Counted from the stretch's first letter, positions 17,919 to 27,744 are shown. The stretch: DNA of 58,198 nucleotides from a virus (IMGVR_UViG_3300020215_000057:1-58198), one strand, 5' to 3'. The notes: generated by a model not told the origin, from the sequence alone. Numbers and translations are program-made.

Positions 17919-18967
17919 ATCCAAGCATTTTATTTCGGCTCGACACCAAGGGTCCAGACCTTGGCGGCGCACTTCAGCAGGGAATGTCTATGAGAAAGTC
18001 TATGGACGACTCTCAAAGACAGAAAGTAGTTCAGGGGCGTGAGGACGATGCTCACCTTAAAGAAAAAGCAAAACAGATTATTTGGTCCATCAAAGATCAA
18101 CCATCCTATGAGGCCGCAAAGAGTGAACTTGCGAAGATCGGCGCGCCGGGTCTTGATCAGTGGGGACCAGAGTATAACCCCGAAGTAGTAAAGCTTAAGC
18201 AATATGCGTCTTTGACGCCAGAGCAGCAAGTGCAAAAACAGCAATTTGATGCCGAGCTAGTTTCTCGCGAAAAAGACAGAGAGGCTTCACGCAACCAGGC
18301 CTATGCGCTGGCGAAAATTGCCGCAGGCGCCCGAGCTGATGAAAAAGAAGAAAAAAGGACGGAGAAAAAAGAGCGCCAGATAGAAACCGACATGGCGAAA
18401 CTTTCAAAAGACGTTGAGGGCACGCAAGGCATGATGAGCGCCCTTGACGAGACTGAGGCGGTTTTAGGCGGCCCGCTTGAGAGCTTCAGCGTGAAAAATG
18501 GCGGTCTATATAAAGGCGGGAAAGCCGTCGATTTGCCTGGCGTTTCAATTCCCGGCATCGGGCGCGTGAGCGCTCACAGCGATCAGGCCCGAAGACTAAA
18601 CGACACCGCGAAAACTGTTTTCAACGCCACGTTGAAAGACCGCTCCGGCGGGGCCGTTACCGATAACGAGTTAGACAGATTAAGAACTGAATTCAGTGAA
18701 GGCAAGTTTAACACCGAGCCCGAATTGATTGATGCGCTTCAAAGATACAAGCGCCGAGCTGCTGTTGTGCTTAAGAATCGTGAGGCTGGGTACACGCCTG
18801 AAGTTGTGAATCGTTATACCGATCAGGGCGGACGTACTTCGAAAACGATAAAGAGCGCTGATGCCGGCGGCAAGACCATAGCTAAAAAACAATACTCCAA
18901 GTCAGCAAATAAAACCAAAGTAATTTACTCCGACGGGACCGAGGAAATCTTAGATGGCCAACGATAA
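17909..18967 (+). CDS. Internal virion/ejection protein
   Basis: Helical; RSGGAVTDNE..R motif; position. Confidence 0.65.
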   Translation: MPLDPSILFRLDTKGPDLGGALQQGMSMRKSMDDSQRQKVVQGREDDAHLKEKAKQIIWSIKDQPSYEAAKSELAKIGAPGLDQWGPEYNPEVVKLKQYASLTPEQQVQKQQFDAELVSREKDREASRNQAYALAKIAAGARADEKEEKRTEKKERQIETDMAKLSKDVEGTQGMMSALDETEAVLGGPLESFSVKNGGLYKGGKAVDLPGVSIPGIGRVSAHSDQARRLNDTAKTVFNATLKDRSGGAVTDNELDRLRTEFSEGKFNTEPELIDALQRYKRRAAVVLKNREAGYTPEVVNRYTDQGGRTSKTIKSADAGGKTIAKKQYSKSANKTKVIYSDGTEEILDGQR

Positions 18968-20753
18968 GATTACCGACTGGGAAGATGTCCCGGTCGAAAA
19001 TAAGATTGACGACTGGGAGGATGTTCCGCTTGAGGCGCCGCAGGCTCCTGAGGGAAATCCCGTAACTCAGGCTGTAGCCAATTTCACTCAAGGCGCTGCC
19101 GCGAATTTGTCCGATGAATTTGCTGGCATTATGGAGGCCGGCGGTCGCCTCGTTGGGCTCAAAGATGTTGGTGTAAGCGACAGATCAAAGGACATAAATT
19201 TACCAAGCCTTGCTGAGGGCGGACCGACTCTTGATTGGGAAACATTACGAGACGCTTATCGTGCGGCCCGCGATAAAGAGCGCAGCGCACTTAAACAAGA
19301 CGCAAAAGAACGCCCAGCATTGGCCGCAACATCGCAGGTTGCTGGGGCTATTGTTTCTCCCGCCAACAAAATCGCAAAAGGCGCTTCAGCACTTAAACAA
19401 GGCGCGGCTCTTGGCGCAACATACGGATTCGGAGCGAGTGAAGATACAGGCGCTGGTCTTGTTTATGATACCGCCGCCGGCGCAGCAATGGGCGGCGCGA
19501 TTGGAAAGGGTGCCGAAAAGCTCGCGCCTGTTTTTAAAAAGGGCGCAGATAAGATTGCAGAAAAAACAAGGGCGGGGGCCGAATGGGTTTCCGCAAGAGC
19601 GCAGGGTCTTGAGCGAGCGACCGCAAGGAAGATGGAAGAAACAAGCAAAGGCAGTGTCCGCGCTGTCGGGCGTCAGGGGCTTGATGACCCCAAGATGCTT
19701 TCTCTCCGCTCAAACACTGACGACATGATCGCGCAGAACGAAAAAATTAAAAAAGCCGCCATGGATTCTAGGGCCGCAGCTTACGACAAAATCGACGATG
19801 CTGGCGCCAGCCAATTCAATCCCGTCGAAGCCGCTGACGAGGCCGCAAACAAAGTTTTAGCTGGGAAGAATTTTGATCATGACGACGCAAAAGAGACCTT
19901 TAATTTATTAGATCCCCATCTTCAAAACATTTTCTCTCGCGGAAAAGAAAATATTCCCATGAAAGAGGCCCAAAAGCTTGTCGAAAAACTCGGCGAAAAG
20001 GCCAACTTTGATACGACCCGAAGCAAAGAGGCCAACAAAATTGCAAAGGCCGTTTATAATTCTGTTCGCAAATCTGTTAACGATGCCGCCGAAAAAGGTG
20101 CCGACGTGATTGGTGTTTCCGGCCTGAAGGAAACAATCGAAGCGGCGAACAAAACCTATTCCACAGGGATGAAAGCAACGAAACTCCTTGCAAACAAAAA
20201 GGCCCGCGAAGATGGAAACAAATTCTTTGGCCTCACCGACACTATAATTGGCGGCACGGGGCTTGGCTATGCTTACGGTACCGGCGACTGGCAAACGGGA
20301 GCGACGGTTCTCGCGGGTAAAAAGGTTTTAGAAAAATACGGCGCTAAGGTCATTGCTCGCGGCCTCGACCGCGTTGCGAAGTCTCTTTCTAAAGATTCAA
20401 AAATGGCAGCTGTAATTCAAAAGAATCCCGCCGTTGTTCAAGCTATCGCGCTGGGCCTTTCGGGAACACCGCCCCCGATGTCAAAAGCCGCTGGCAAGGA
20501 TGCGCCGAAAGACGGCGGGGAGTTTGTCGCCGAAATCAAAGGCCCCAACAAATGGTCTGTTGACGGCTATGCGAAGCTTTACGAGCACGACAAATCAGGC
20601 GCGTTTAAAGATCCAGCCCAAGTCGAAAAGCTTTTCTCCGAGCCAAAAGCAAAACAGCTTCTAGTGCAGGCCTCGGGGCTTAAGCCAGGCTCTAAGGCCA
20701 TGGATGACATTTATAAAAAACTACAATCTCAAATGAAGGGCAAGGAGCAATAA
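18954..20753 (+). CDS. Internal virion/ejection protein
   Basis: Ala/Gly/Lys-rich helical protein; N-terminal DWEDVP x2; position. Confidence 0.65.
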   Translation: MANDKITDWEDVPVENKIDDWEDVPLEAPQAPEGNPVTQAVANFTQGAAANLSDEFAGIMEAGGRLVGLKDVGVSDRSKDINLPSLAEGGPTLDWETLRDAYRAARDKERSALKQDAKERPALAATSQVAGAIVSPANKIAKGASALKQGAALGATYGFGASEDTGAGLVYDTAAGAAMGGAIGKGAEKLAPVFKKGADKIAEKTRAGAEWVSARAQGLERATARKMEETSKGSVRAVGRQGLDDPKMLSLRSNTDDMIAQNEKIKKAAMDSRAAAYDKIDDAGASQFNPVEAADEAANKVLAGKNFDHDDAKETFNLLDPHLQNIFSRGKENIPMKEAQKLVEKLGEKANFDTTRSKEANKIAKAVYNSVRKSVNDAAEKGADVIGVSGLKETIEAANKTYSTGMKATKLLANKKAREDGNKFFGLTDTIIGGTGLGYAYGTGDWQTGATVLAGKKVLEKYGAKVIARGLDRVAKSLSKDSKMAAVIQKNPAVVQAIALGLSGTPPPMSKAAGKDAPKDGGEFVAEIKGPNKWSVDGYAKLYEHDKSGAFKDPAQVEKLFSEPKAKQLLVQASGLKPGSKAMDDIYKKLQSQMKGKEQ

Positions 20754-21880
20754 TGGCAATCGCACTTTATTCGCCAAAGATAAAATTCACAGACGCTAAC
20801 GGAAACCCCTTAGCTGGCGGAAAGCTCTACAGCTATGAAGCCGGAACCTCGACTCCGCTTGCCACGTACACAGACGCTGGGGGCGGAACACCTAACGCTA
20901 ACCCCGTTATTCTAGATGCAAACGGTGAGGCTAACGTGTGGCTTGCTGACGATACCTATAAATTTGTTCTACAAAACTCGGCAAGTGTCGTGCAGTGGAC
21001 GGTTGACAATTATTCCATCTTTAACGAGGGTGGAATTCCTGCGGCACGAATCGCCACAGACGCTGTCACCACGGCAAAGATTTTAGACTCAAACGTCACG
21101 ACCGCAAAGATTGCGGACTCTAACGTCACCCGCGCGAAGCTAGCCTCTGGCGCACGTGCCAAGGGGAGTGTTACCGCGTCTAAAACCTCGGCATACACCG
21201 CGACCTCTAGTGACGATGTTATCCCGTGCGATGCCACGAGCGCAGGCTTTACCGTAACTCTTCCTGCCGCTGCGTCTAGCACTGGCATGGAGGTGGTGAT
21301 CGTAAAAACCGACGCGAGCACAAACCTCGTCACTATTGACGGAAACGGCTCTGAAACAATCGGCGGAGCCACAACAACGGCTCTTGCCACGCGATACGAA
21401 TCTATAAAAATTGTCTGCGACGGCTCCAATTGGCAAATCGTTTCTCGCGCCATTCCCATCACAAGAACAAGCTTCACGCCCACCGGGACATTTATCGCAA
21501 ATACCACCTACACAGGTTTTTGGCGCCGAAGCGGTGCGAACATGATTGTAGACGTGCACTTGGCTTTTGCAGGCGCCCCCACATCAACGTCTCTCGTTGT
21601 TAACATGCCGACCGGCTACACAATTCAGAATGGTGGTTTTCCATCTGTATTGGCGAACGGAACACCCGTCGGACAAGGCGTGTATGTCGATAGCGGCACG
21701 GCAAACTACCCCCTTGATGTTCGCTATGCAAGCTCAAGCACCGTCGGTGTTTTCATGTGGGGCGCAAGCGGTACCTGGGCCAACTCATCGGCTCTCACCG
21801 AAACAGCGCCCGCGACAATCGCAAGCGGGGATTCGATTCACTTAACGTTTAGCGTGCCGATTACGAATTGGAATAACTAA
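20753..21880 (+). CDS. Tail fibre/spike
   Basis: N-terminal GNPLAGGKLY.YEAGT..NPVILDANG virion-binding domain; VTTAKI repeats; TLPAA..VIVK..CDGSNW. Confidence 0.85.
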   Translation: MAIALYSPKIKFTDANGNPLAGGKLYSYEAGTSTPLATYTDAGGGTPNANPVILDANGEANVWLADDTYKFVLQNSASVVQWTVDNYSIFNEGGIPAARIATDAVTTAKILDSNVTTAKIADSNVTRAKLASGARAKGSVTASKTSAYTATSSDDVIPCDATSAGFTVTLPAAASSTGMEVVIVKTDASTNLVTIDGNGSETIGGATTTALATRYESIKIVCDGSNWQIVSRAIPITRTSFTPTGTFIANTTYTGFWRRSGANMIVDVHLAFAGAPTSTSLVVNMPTGYTIQNGGFPSVLANGTPVGQGVYVDSGTANYPLDVRYASSSTVGVFMWGASGTWANSSALTETAPATIASGDSIHLTFSVPITNWNN

Positions 21881-21886
21881 CTTTAG

Positions 21887-21900
21887 GGCCAAGGACGGCC
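21887..21900 (+). promoter_or_regulatory. GGA-loop hairpin (CsrA/RsmA-type) before the first lysis-block gene
   Basis: GGCC-AAGGAC-GGCC adjacent to the RBS. Confidence 0.45.
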
Positions 21901-21910
21901 AGGGGGAAAA

Positions 21911-22246
21911 ATGGAATTTTTAGACGTCGAATACTTTAAGAACATTTTAAGCCCTGAGTCCTTTGACAGGCTCAAAGAGTCGCTGATCATTGTCGCCGTG
22001 GTTTGGTTTGCCATGAAGGGCAAAGTCAAGGCTCTCACCGAGGGCATTTCAAAACAGGTCAACGAGTTTCAACAACACCTAGACAAAATCGAACAAGCCA
22101 TTCTTATGATGGCGGCAAACGTAAAAGAATTAAAAGAGTCTCTAGAGAGCTTAGAGAAAAACCACTCTCAGCGCATTGATGCGCTTGAGGATGGGCTTAC
22201 GCAATTAAAAACCAAGGTTTCAGACCTTGAAAAACCAAAGGAGTAG
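21911..22246 (+). CDS. Single-TM coiled-coil protein, holin candidate
   Basis: TM LIIVAVVWFAM; start of lysis block. Confidence 0.55.
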   Translation: MEFLDVEYFKNILSPESFDRLKESLIIVAVVWFAMKGKVKALTEGISKQVNEFQQHLDKIEQAILMMAANVKELKESLESLEKNHSQRIDALEDGLTQLKTKVSDLEKPKE

Positions 22247-22250
22247 GTAA

Positions 22251-22499
22251 ATGAGCAAAACAATATATGAAAAGGAAATCGGGAGTGATGGCGCGAAAGC
22301 AGGCCTCTATGTCGACGGGCAAAACCTGTCTTTGCATGTGAGCTATCCATTGGCCAAGGTTGTTGAGCCCGCCACAAAGGCTGTCGATTCACTAATCGAT
22401 AAACTCGAAAAACTCATTCCTGGCGACTGGGACAAGCCCATGCTTGAGAAGGTCAAAGAGGAATACAAAGAAGAGCTTGTAAAGCTTTTGGCTGAATAA
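22251..22499 (+). CDS. Hypothetical protein (lysis block)
   Basis: AAGGAG RBS. Confidence 0.7.
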   Translation: MSKTIYEKEIGSDGAKAGLYVDGQNLSLHVSYPLAKVVEPATKAVDSLIDKLEKLIPGDWDKPMLEKVKEEYKEELVKLLAE

Positions 22500-22502
22500 T
22501 CC

Positions 22503-22868
22503 ATGGGCTTATCTGGAAAGTACGACTTTAAGGGGATCAAACAGGCGGGCGCAGCAGGACTGCGCCTTGCCCTGGCGGCCTCGCCGTACACCGCGTGGCT
22601 TTTAAAGCTCAGCTCATTTCTTGATTTCGTCCTGGAGTTTTTCGCCAACTGGCTCGCCAACAACGGCCTGGTTTTACTAAACGTGGGCGCCAATTACGTC
22701 AACGGGGAACTCGATCAAAAGCAAATGGACTCGGCGATGGACGAGGCAATCTCAGAAATCAAAAACAAGGGCGGGAAAGACAAATTAACCGCGCAACAAA
22801 AAAAGGAAATCGACGATGAGGTTATTAAAGCCGCTCGTAAATTTTTGGTTATTGCTCGCCCTAAGTAA
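22503..22868 (+). CDS. Membrane-associated protein (lysis block; i-spanin candidate)
   Basis: Hydrophobic segment; overlaps downstream lipoprotein. Confidence 0.55.
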   Translation: MGLSGKYDFKGIKQAGAAGLRLALAASPYTAWLLKLSSFLDFVLEFFANWLANNGLVLLNVGANYVNGELDQKQMDSAMDEAISEIKNKGGKDKLTAQQKKEIDDEVIKAARKFLVIARPK

Positions 22869-23160
22869 TTGCGCCTCGTTTCAGGCGTCAGACTGGCAAG
22901 CATCGATCACGCTCCCCGCAAGTGAGGACTGCATGAGCTTTCACGTAATGAGCGGGAAAGAGGTGCGATTGCCTGCGGACAGTCCTGAGTGCATTGAGAA
23001 AAAACTAAAGTCTGTTTGGCTTGATTATGAAAGTTACAAAATGCTCAGGCGCGACATTCAGAACAACTGTCAGTTTGCTCAGTGCAAACAAATAACCGGC
23101 GCCTTTGACGGCTTGTTTTTAACTATCGATAACGCTCTTAAAAAAATACCTATCCAATAA
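22816..23160 (+). CDS. Lipoprotein, o-spanin candidate
   Basis: Signal peptide with lipobox LSNC; overlapping upstream gene in the Rz/Rz1 manner. Confidence 0.6.
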   Translation: MRLLKPLVNFWLLLALSNCASFQASDWQASITLPASEDCMSFHVMSGKEVRLPADSPECIEKKLKSVWLDYESYKMLRRDIQNNCQFAQCKQITGAFDGLFLTIDNALKKIPIQ

Positions 23161-23172
23161 GGAAATAAACAA

Positions 23173-23757
23173 ATGAGAAAACTAGAAAAGAAAATGATCG
23201 ACTACTTAGATAAAAAACTAGCCGGAAACGGCCTTGCTCAAGAAATGATAGCGACAAAAGATGCTCGCGGCCTTTTCATTCTCGCAGCACAGGCCTGCGT
23301 CGGCATCAGAGAGTCTGGTGGAAACAACAAGGGCCCCATGGTCGCGCTTATTCAAGACACCGTTGACGGGCCCGATTCGTGGGCATGGTGCATGAGTTTC
23401 GTGATGACCTGTCTTGCATACGCTGAATTAAAAACCGGGATCAAATCGCCAATAGTTTCGGGCGAGCACTGCATGACCGTGTGGAATAAAACTCCGAAAT
23501 CTCAGAGAGTAAAAATCCGCCCCCTTCCTGGCGCGATAGCTATATGGAACTACCCCCCAGGACAGTCGGGCCACACCGGCATTCTTCACGAGTACGAAAA
23601 CAAGCCAGGCAAGATGCGCCTTTTCGAGGGTAACACCGAATCAGGTCTCACCAAGGACGGCGTTATTCAAAACGACGGCGGCGGTGTCTATCACACCGAG
23701 CGCTCAACCAAGGGTTCTTCGAAAATGAAACTAGTTGGATTTTTAAAACCGTTCTGA
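23173..23757 (+). CDS. CHAP-family endolysin
   Basis: GIRE.GGNN.G, AWCMSFV (Cys), GHTGI (His), EGNT. Confidence 0.85.
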   Translation: MRKLEKKMIDYLDKKLAGNGLAQEMIATKDARGLFILAAQACVGIRESGGNNKGPMVALIQDTVDGPDSWAWCMSFVMTCLAYAELKTGIKSPIVSGEHCMTVWNKTPKSQRVKIRPLPGAIAIWNYPPGQSGHTGILHEYENKPGKMRLFEGNTESGLTKDGVIQNDGGGVYHTERSTKGSSKMKLVGFLKPF

Positions 23758-23808
23758 TTGTACGCCAATGGCATCGCTGGCCGGAGTATTTTTAAACCTA
23801 GGAAACAA

Positions 23809-24324
23809 ATGAACGCAAGGAAGCGAACAGACATTACAGGAAAACGATACGGCATGCTTGCTGTAATTGAGCGGGCCGGGACTGTTCGCGGTCGATCCCG
23901 TTGGCTTGTTCGCTGCGACTGTGGCACGGAGCTTGTTCTTAGTCGCGTAAGATTTGCCAATGCAGGTAAATCCAGCTGCGGATGTCGGGCGCTTGCCGCC
24001 AACACTGTGAGCGAAGTTTGGCGGCGCTACAAAAGGCAGGCTGCGGAAAGAGGTTTTGAGTTCAATCTCTCAAAAGAACAGGTTGAGCAAATAATTTTCC
24101 GAAACTGCTCTTATTGTCTTTGCCCACCAATGAATCGGCATGAGCCCGCAGCCAAGCCGTACAATGGGATTGACCGGGTTGATTCATCTCTCGGTTATGA
24201 AATGGAGAACGTTACACCATGTTGTGCTCAATGCAATCGCGCAAAAAGTAACTATGCGCTCGCTGATTTTTTTAAGTGGGTGGACGCTGTCCACTCTCAC
24301 TCAGTAAGGGACAGAGATAGTTAA
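23809..24324 (+). CDS. Free-standing HNH homing endonuclease
   Basis: DITGKRYG.L.V..W..RCDCG; CSYC; GIDRVDSSLGY..ENV.PCC..CNRAK. Confidence 0.88.
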   Translation: MNARKRTDITGKRYGMLAVIERAGTVRGRSRWLVRCDCGTELVLSRVRFANAGKSSCGCRALAANTVSEVWRRYKRQAAERGFEFNLSKEQVEQIIFRNCSYCLCPPMNRHEPAAKPYNGIDRVDSSLGYEMENVTPCCAQCNRAKSNYALADFFKWVDAVHSHSVRDRDS

Positions 24325-24333
24325 TACATTTTT

Positions 24334-24657
24334 ATGAGGAGAAAAGAAATGTTCGACGCAGCGGAAATTCAAATCATAGGCTTGTGCGCGATTATCGGCG
24401 TGCTCGCCATAGGCCACGCCTATCAAGGTGCAAGTTACCTGTGGCGCAAAATCTATAACCCCGTCGTTTCACTCGATCAAAACCAATGGCTCGCGGTGCA
24501 GACCGCCCTTCGCGCTAAAGAAATCGGTCCCGCCGTTATGGACGGCATCCCTGGCCCCCACACGAGAGAGGCCCTTTCAGACTTTCAAAAACTTGTTGGC
24601 GAGAAACCCACAGGCGAATCAAGGCTTAGAACATTACAAAAACTAGGAGTGAAATAA
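24334..24657 (+). CDS. TM-anchored peptidoglycan-binding domain protein
   Basis: N-terminal TM; VQTAL..DGIPGPHTREALSDFQ..G..PTG (PG_binding_1 pattern). Confidence 0.8.
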   Translation: MRRKEMFDAAEIQIIGLCAIIGVLAIGHAYQGASYLWRKIYNPVVSLDQNQWLAVQTALRAKEIGPAVMDGIPGPHTREALSDFQKLVGEKPTGESRLRTLQKLGVK

Positions 24658-24998
24658 TGAGTATCACAGACGTAAAAATGGGGCCGGCACTCGCGGCGAC
24701 AGGATCAACCGACGCCGTGCTTATGAGCGGACAGCCGTTCTCGGTGCAAGCTTTTGGCACAACTACGGCGGGGGCAGGCACTGCAACGGTTATCGTTGAA
24801 GGGTCAAACCACGCAAGCCCCTCTCTTGATGGGCATTGGGTGACGCTTGCCACACTATCGCTTTCCTTTACCACGGCGGTTGGGAGCGATGCTGGGGGCT
24901 CAGTACTTCCGTACTTAAATGTACGCGCTAGAGTTTCGGCAATTTCTGGCACGGGCGCGTCCATTAGTTTTCAAATGGCAAAAGGCAAGAGCGCATAA
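24657..24998 (+). CDS. Small beta-rich virion accessory protein
   Basis: V.VEGSN..W..L..NVRARV pattern; AGGAG RBS. Confidence 0.6.
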   Translation: MSITDVKMGPALAATGSTDAVLMSGQPFSVQAFGTTTAGAGTATVIVEGSNHASPSLDGHWVTLATLSLSFTTAVGSDAGGSVLPYLNVRARVSAISGTGASISFQMAKGKSA

Positions 24999-25835
24999 AT
25001 GGCAACACATGCTGCGGCCTCGGGGCTTGCGGTCCCCGCATCAGTCACCGTCGAAGATGCCGTCACGAACGGCTCAACGAATGCGATTACGTCAAATGCC
25101 GTATATGACCAAGTACAAACATTATTGAGTGGGATTGCGGACAAACAGGATATCTTTGATGCGCTTACCGATATGGGGCGGAGTACGTTCCGGCACTGGG
25201 ATTTTGAGCACGATGACCGTGACACATTGACCGCATTTTCAAATGCTGGCGGCGGGTCGGGACAGGCCGTGTCTCAAGCTTCCACGGGTGTAAACTCGAC
25301 CGAAAACGCCATTGGAGTGATGGACTGTATCACGGGGACGGGGACAACCGCTCGCGCCGGTCTAATTTCTTCGGGTAATCTTCGCATTGGAAGCCATCGC
25401 TTAATTTTCGCAGCGCGGGTCGCCCTTAGCGCGGTATCCGACGGCACCAACACATACACCGCCTATATTGGTTTCATCGACAATACCGGGTCTGGCGACA
25501 TGACTGATGGGATTTATTATCGCTACACCCACAGCGTAAACTCAGGCAAGTGGGAGGCGGTAACCGCCGCGGCGACAGTACGCGACCCAGAAGACACTGG
25601 CGTTTCGCCTGTGGGCACAGTTAATGATGTGTTTTTGGTTGATGTAAACGAGGCCGGGACGGAAGCGAAATACTACATTAACGGGAACCTGGTTCACACT
25701 CAAACTACGGGCTTACCTGGGACGGGCGACCTTTTTGTCTATGGCGTAAAAATCGAAAAATCAGCAGGCGGCACATCGAGAACTTTGTCTTGGGATGAGG
25801 GCCTTTTTATAGCAACGCGCTCAAGCGCTAGATAG
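24999..25835 (+). CDS. Virion accessory/fibre protein, ConA-like beta-sandwich likely
   Basis: Thr/Gly-rich; KYYINGNLVHT; N-terminal motif shared with 44980..45984. Confidence 0.6.
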   Translation: MATHAAASGLAVPASVTVEDAVTNGSTNAITSNAVYDQVQTLLSGIADKQDIFDALTDMGRSTFRHWDFEHDDRDTLTAFSNAGGGSGQAVSQASTGVNSTENAIGVMDCITGTGTTARAGLISSGNLRIGSHRLIFAARVALSAVSDGTNTYTAYIGFIDNTGSGDMTDGIYYRYTHSVNSGKWEAVTAAATVRDPEDTGVSPVGTVNDVFLVDVNEAGTEAKYYINGNLVHTQTTGLPGTGDLFVYGVKIEKSAGGTSRTLSWDEGLFIATRSSAR

Positions 25836-25845
25836 GAAATATTTT

Positions 25846-26244
25846 ATGAAATCACTTTTTACTTCATTACTCATTCTTCTAAGCTTTGGCGCTCAGGCCG
25901 CAACACAAGGCAAGGCAAGCGGAGTGCCCCAGGGCTTTTTAGATTTAGGAAGTGCTAGAACCTTCGTTGATTCAGACACAACACCTGATGTTTCCGGTTG
26001 GTCACACTTTAACACCAACACGACAGGCGTCACTATTACCGATTTCGACGGCGCAGGCATCAAGGCCGGGCAGGTCATTGTCGTGGTCTCTAAAGGGACC
26101 ATTGTTTACGACGTTACAAGTTCTGGGCTCATTTGCGGGTCTACAAACATCACGACCCAAGACGGGCACGTCACAACATGGTTTTACGACGGCACCGATT
26201 GGCGCTGTATTGCTCGAATGGATTTAGACGACGATATGAATTAG
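25846..26244 (+). CDS. Signal-peptide-bearing beta-rich protein
   Basis: MKSLF..AQA signal; YDGTDW fibre-like motif. Confidence 0.65.
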   Translation: MKSLFTSLLILLSFGAQAATQGKASGVPQGFLDLGSARTFVDSDTTPDVSGWSHFNTNTTGVTITDFDGAGIKAGQVIVVVSKGTIVYDVTSSGLICGSTNITTQDGHVTTWFYDGTDWRCIARMDLDDDMN

Positions 26245-26290
26245 TAAAAGTTTGGCGTGATGTTTTGTCCACGGCGACAGGGAGGTCCGA

Positions 26291-27001
26291 GTGGGAACGA
26301 AAAACGCAAGAGTGCTTGTCATTGGGGATTTGCATTTTCCCTTTTGCCACGTCGACACGCTCAAATTCTTAGCCGCCATCAAAAAGAAATATAAGCCGGA
26401 CCGAGTGATTTCTATTGGCGACGAGATTGATGGCCACGCATGGAGTTTCCACGACCCAGACCCGGACCTGCATTCACCAGGCGATGAGCTTGGGAAAGCC
26501 AAGTGGTGGATACATCAGCTTCATAAAATCTTTCCCCGCATGGATATTCTAGAGTCAAACCATGGCTCTTTGTTTTATAGAAAGCAGAAAAAGGCGGGTC
26601 TCCCTCGCGGAGTAATGAAATCCTATAACGAAATTTACGGCGTTGGCCTGAATTGGAAATGGCACAAGAGCCTCACGATACTCTTATCAAGCGGCGCCCC
26701 TTGCTATTTTCATCACGGGAAATCTGCTGACGTTATTAAGACCTCTCAGTCAATGGGCATGAGCACGGTACAGGGGCACTATCACGAAAAGTTTGGGGTG
26801 CAGTACTGGGCGAATTCACTGGGCCTTTACTTCGCGGCACAGACCGGGTGCCTAGTTGACGACGACGCGCTGGCGTTTGAGTACAACAAATTAAATCTTA
26901 AGCGGCCTCTAATCGGATCGCTTTTCATTCAGGACGGCTTAGCGTTTTCAATACCTATGGTTTTAGATAAGCGCGGGCGATGGAATAAGAAGATAGTATG
27001 A
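26291..27001 (+). CDS. Calcineurin-like metallophosphoesterase
   Basis: GDLH, GDEID, SNH, HHG, GHYH motifs. Confidence 0.9.
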   Translation: MGTKNARVLVIGDLHFPFCHVDTLKFLAAIKKKYKPDRVISIGDEIDGHAWSFHDPDPDLHSPGDELGKAKWWIHQLHKIFPRMDILESNHGSLFYRKQKKAGLPRGVMKSYNEIYGVGLNWKWHKSLTILLSSGAPCYFHHGKSADVIKTSQSMGMSTVQGHYHEKFGVQYWANSLGLYFAAQTGCLVDDDALAFEYNKLNLKRPLIGSLFIQDGLAFSIPMVLDKRGRWNKKIV

Positions 27002-27276
27002 CCGACATCAAAGAATACCCTCTAGTAATAATCGAATGGATGGACGCGCAAAGTGACAGCGATTGGACAGACATGGAAAAGGTCGGCTGTGAGCTTGCCA
27101 CAATTCAAACCGTGGGCTTTATCGTAAGCGAAACACGCCAGGGCCTTGCCGTGGCATCAAGCCTTGATACCACAAATGGCGCGGCCTCTATGGTCATGGT
27201 TATCCCTAAAAAATGGTGTGTGAAGATCACGCCGCTTGGGAGTGTTGAGCCTGTCGTGAATGAGACTATGAATTAG
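26998..27276 (+). CDS. Conserved phage protein (V.IEW.DA..W..TVGF..IP)
   Basis: Recurrent phage motif; coupled to the phosphoesterase. Confidence 0.7.
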   Translation: MTDIKEYPLVIIEWMDAQSDSDWTDMEKVGCELATIQTVGFIVSETRQGLAVASSLDTTNGAASMVMVIPKKWCVKITPLGSVEPVVNETMN

Positions 27277-27515
27277 GCGCGCTTTTTCTCAAGCTTTGCG
27301 ACCCGCTCCTCAATATCGGGAATTTGCAGCGCCTTGGCCAAATTGATTTGCATGAGCGTCTGATAACCAATGCCCAGCTCGGCCGCCCGTCTGCGATACT
27401 CATTTACAATGTTTTCCGCAACCAACATGTTTACGCGCTCTTTCACACTCTCCGGGCGGAAGTCAGCCTCACTTAAAATACTTTCTTTCATTCTATTGAT
27501 CTTTTTGGATTTCAT
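27273..27515 (-). CDS. BrnA-family antitoxin (RHH)
   Basis: KERVNMLV..IVNEYRRRA..GIGYQTLMQINL. Confidence 0.75.
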   Translation of the reverse strand: MKSKKINRMKESILSEADFRPESVKERVNMLVAENIVNEYRRRAAELGIGYQTLMQINLAKALQIPDIEERVAKLEKKRA

Positions 27516-27744
27516 TCCACTTCTCCTGTATTTTTTGCTTTCTGTCTTTAATAAAATTCACAACCATTTTCTCTAGGCTCGCCGAAAGCTGTTTGTCGGA
27601 AACATGCTCAACCGACAAATCTGCGAGATAAACCTTAAACTCAACATCTTCGGCTCTGACGATAACGTGAACATGTGCCGGAGCGTGATCATTCGTCTGG
27701 ATCACTAGTCTGATTTTATTGTTTATCGTGTAGATCGTCGGCAT
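27493..27744 (-). CDS. DUF4160 (HicA-like) toxin
   Basis: MPTI..IRLVI.TNDH.PAHVHV..EKWNEI. Confidence 0.8.
   Translation of the reverse strand: MPTIYTINNKIRLVIQTNDHAPAHVHVIVRAEDVEFKVYLADLSVEHVSDKQLSASLEKMVVNFIKDRKQKIQEKWNEIQKDQ

Noticed and set aside
23758-24333. Group I intron carrying the HNH
   Set aside because: The CHAP gene ends normally, and the non-coding flanks (about 50 and 10 nt) are too short for a ribozyme core.
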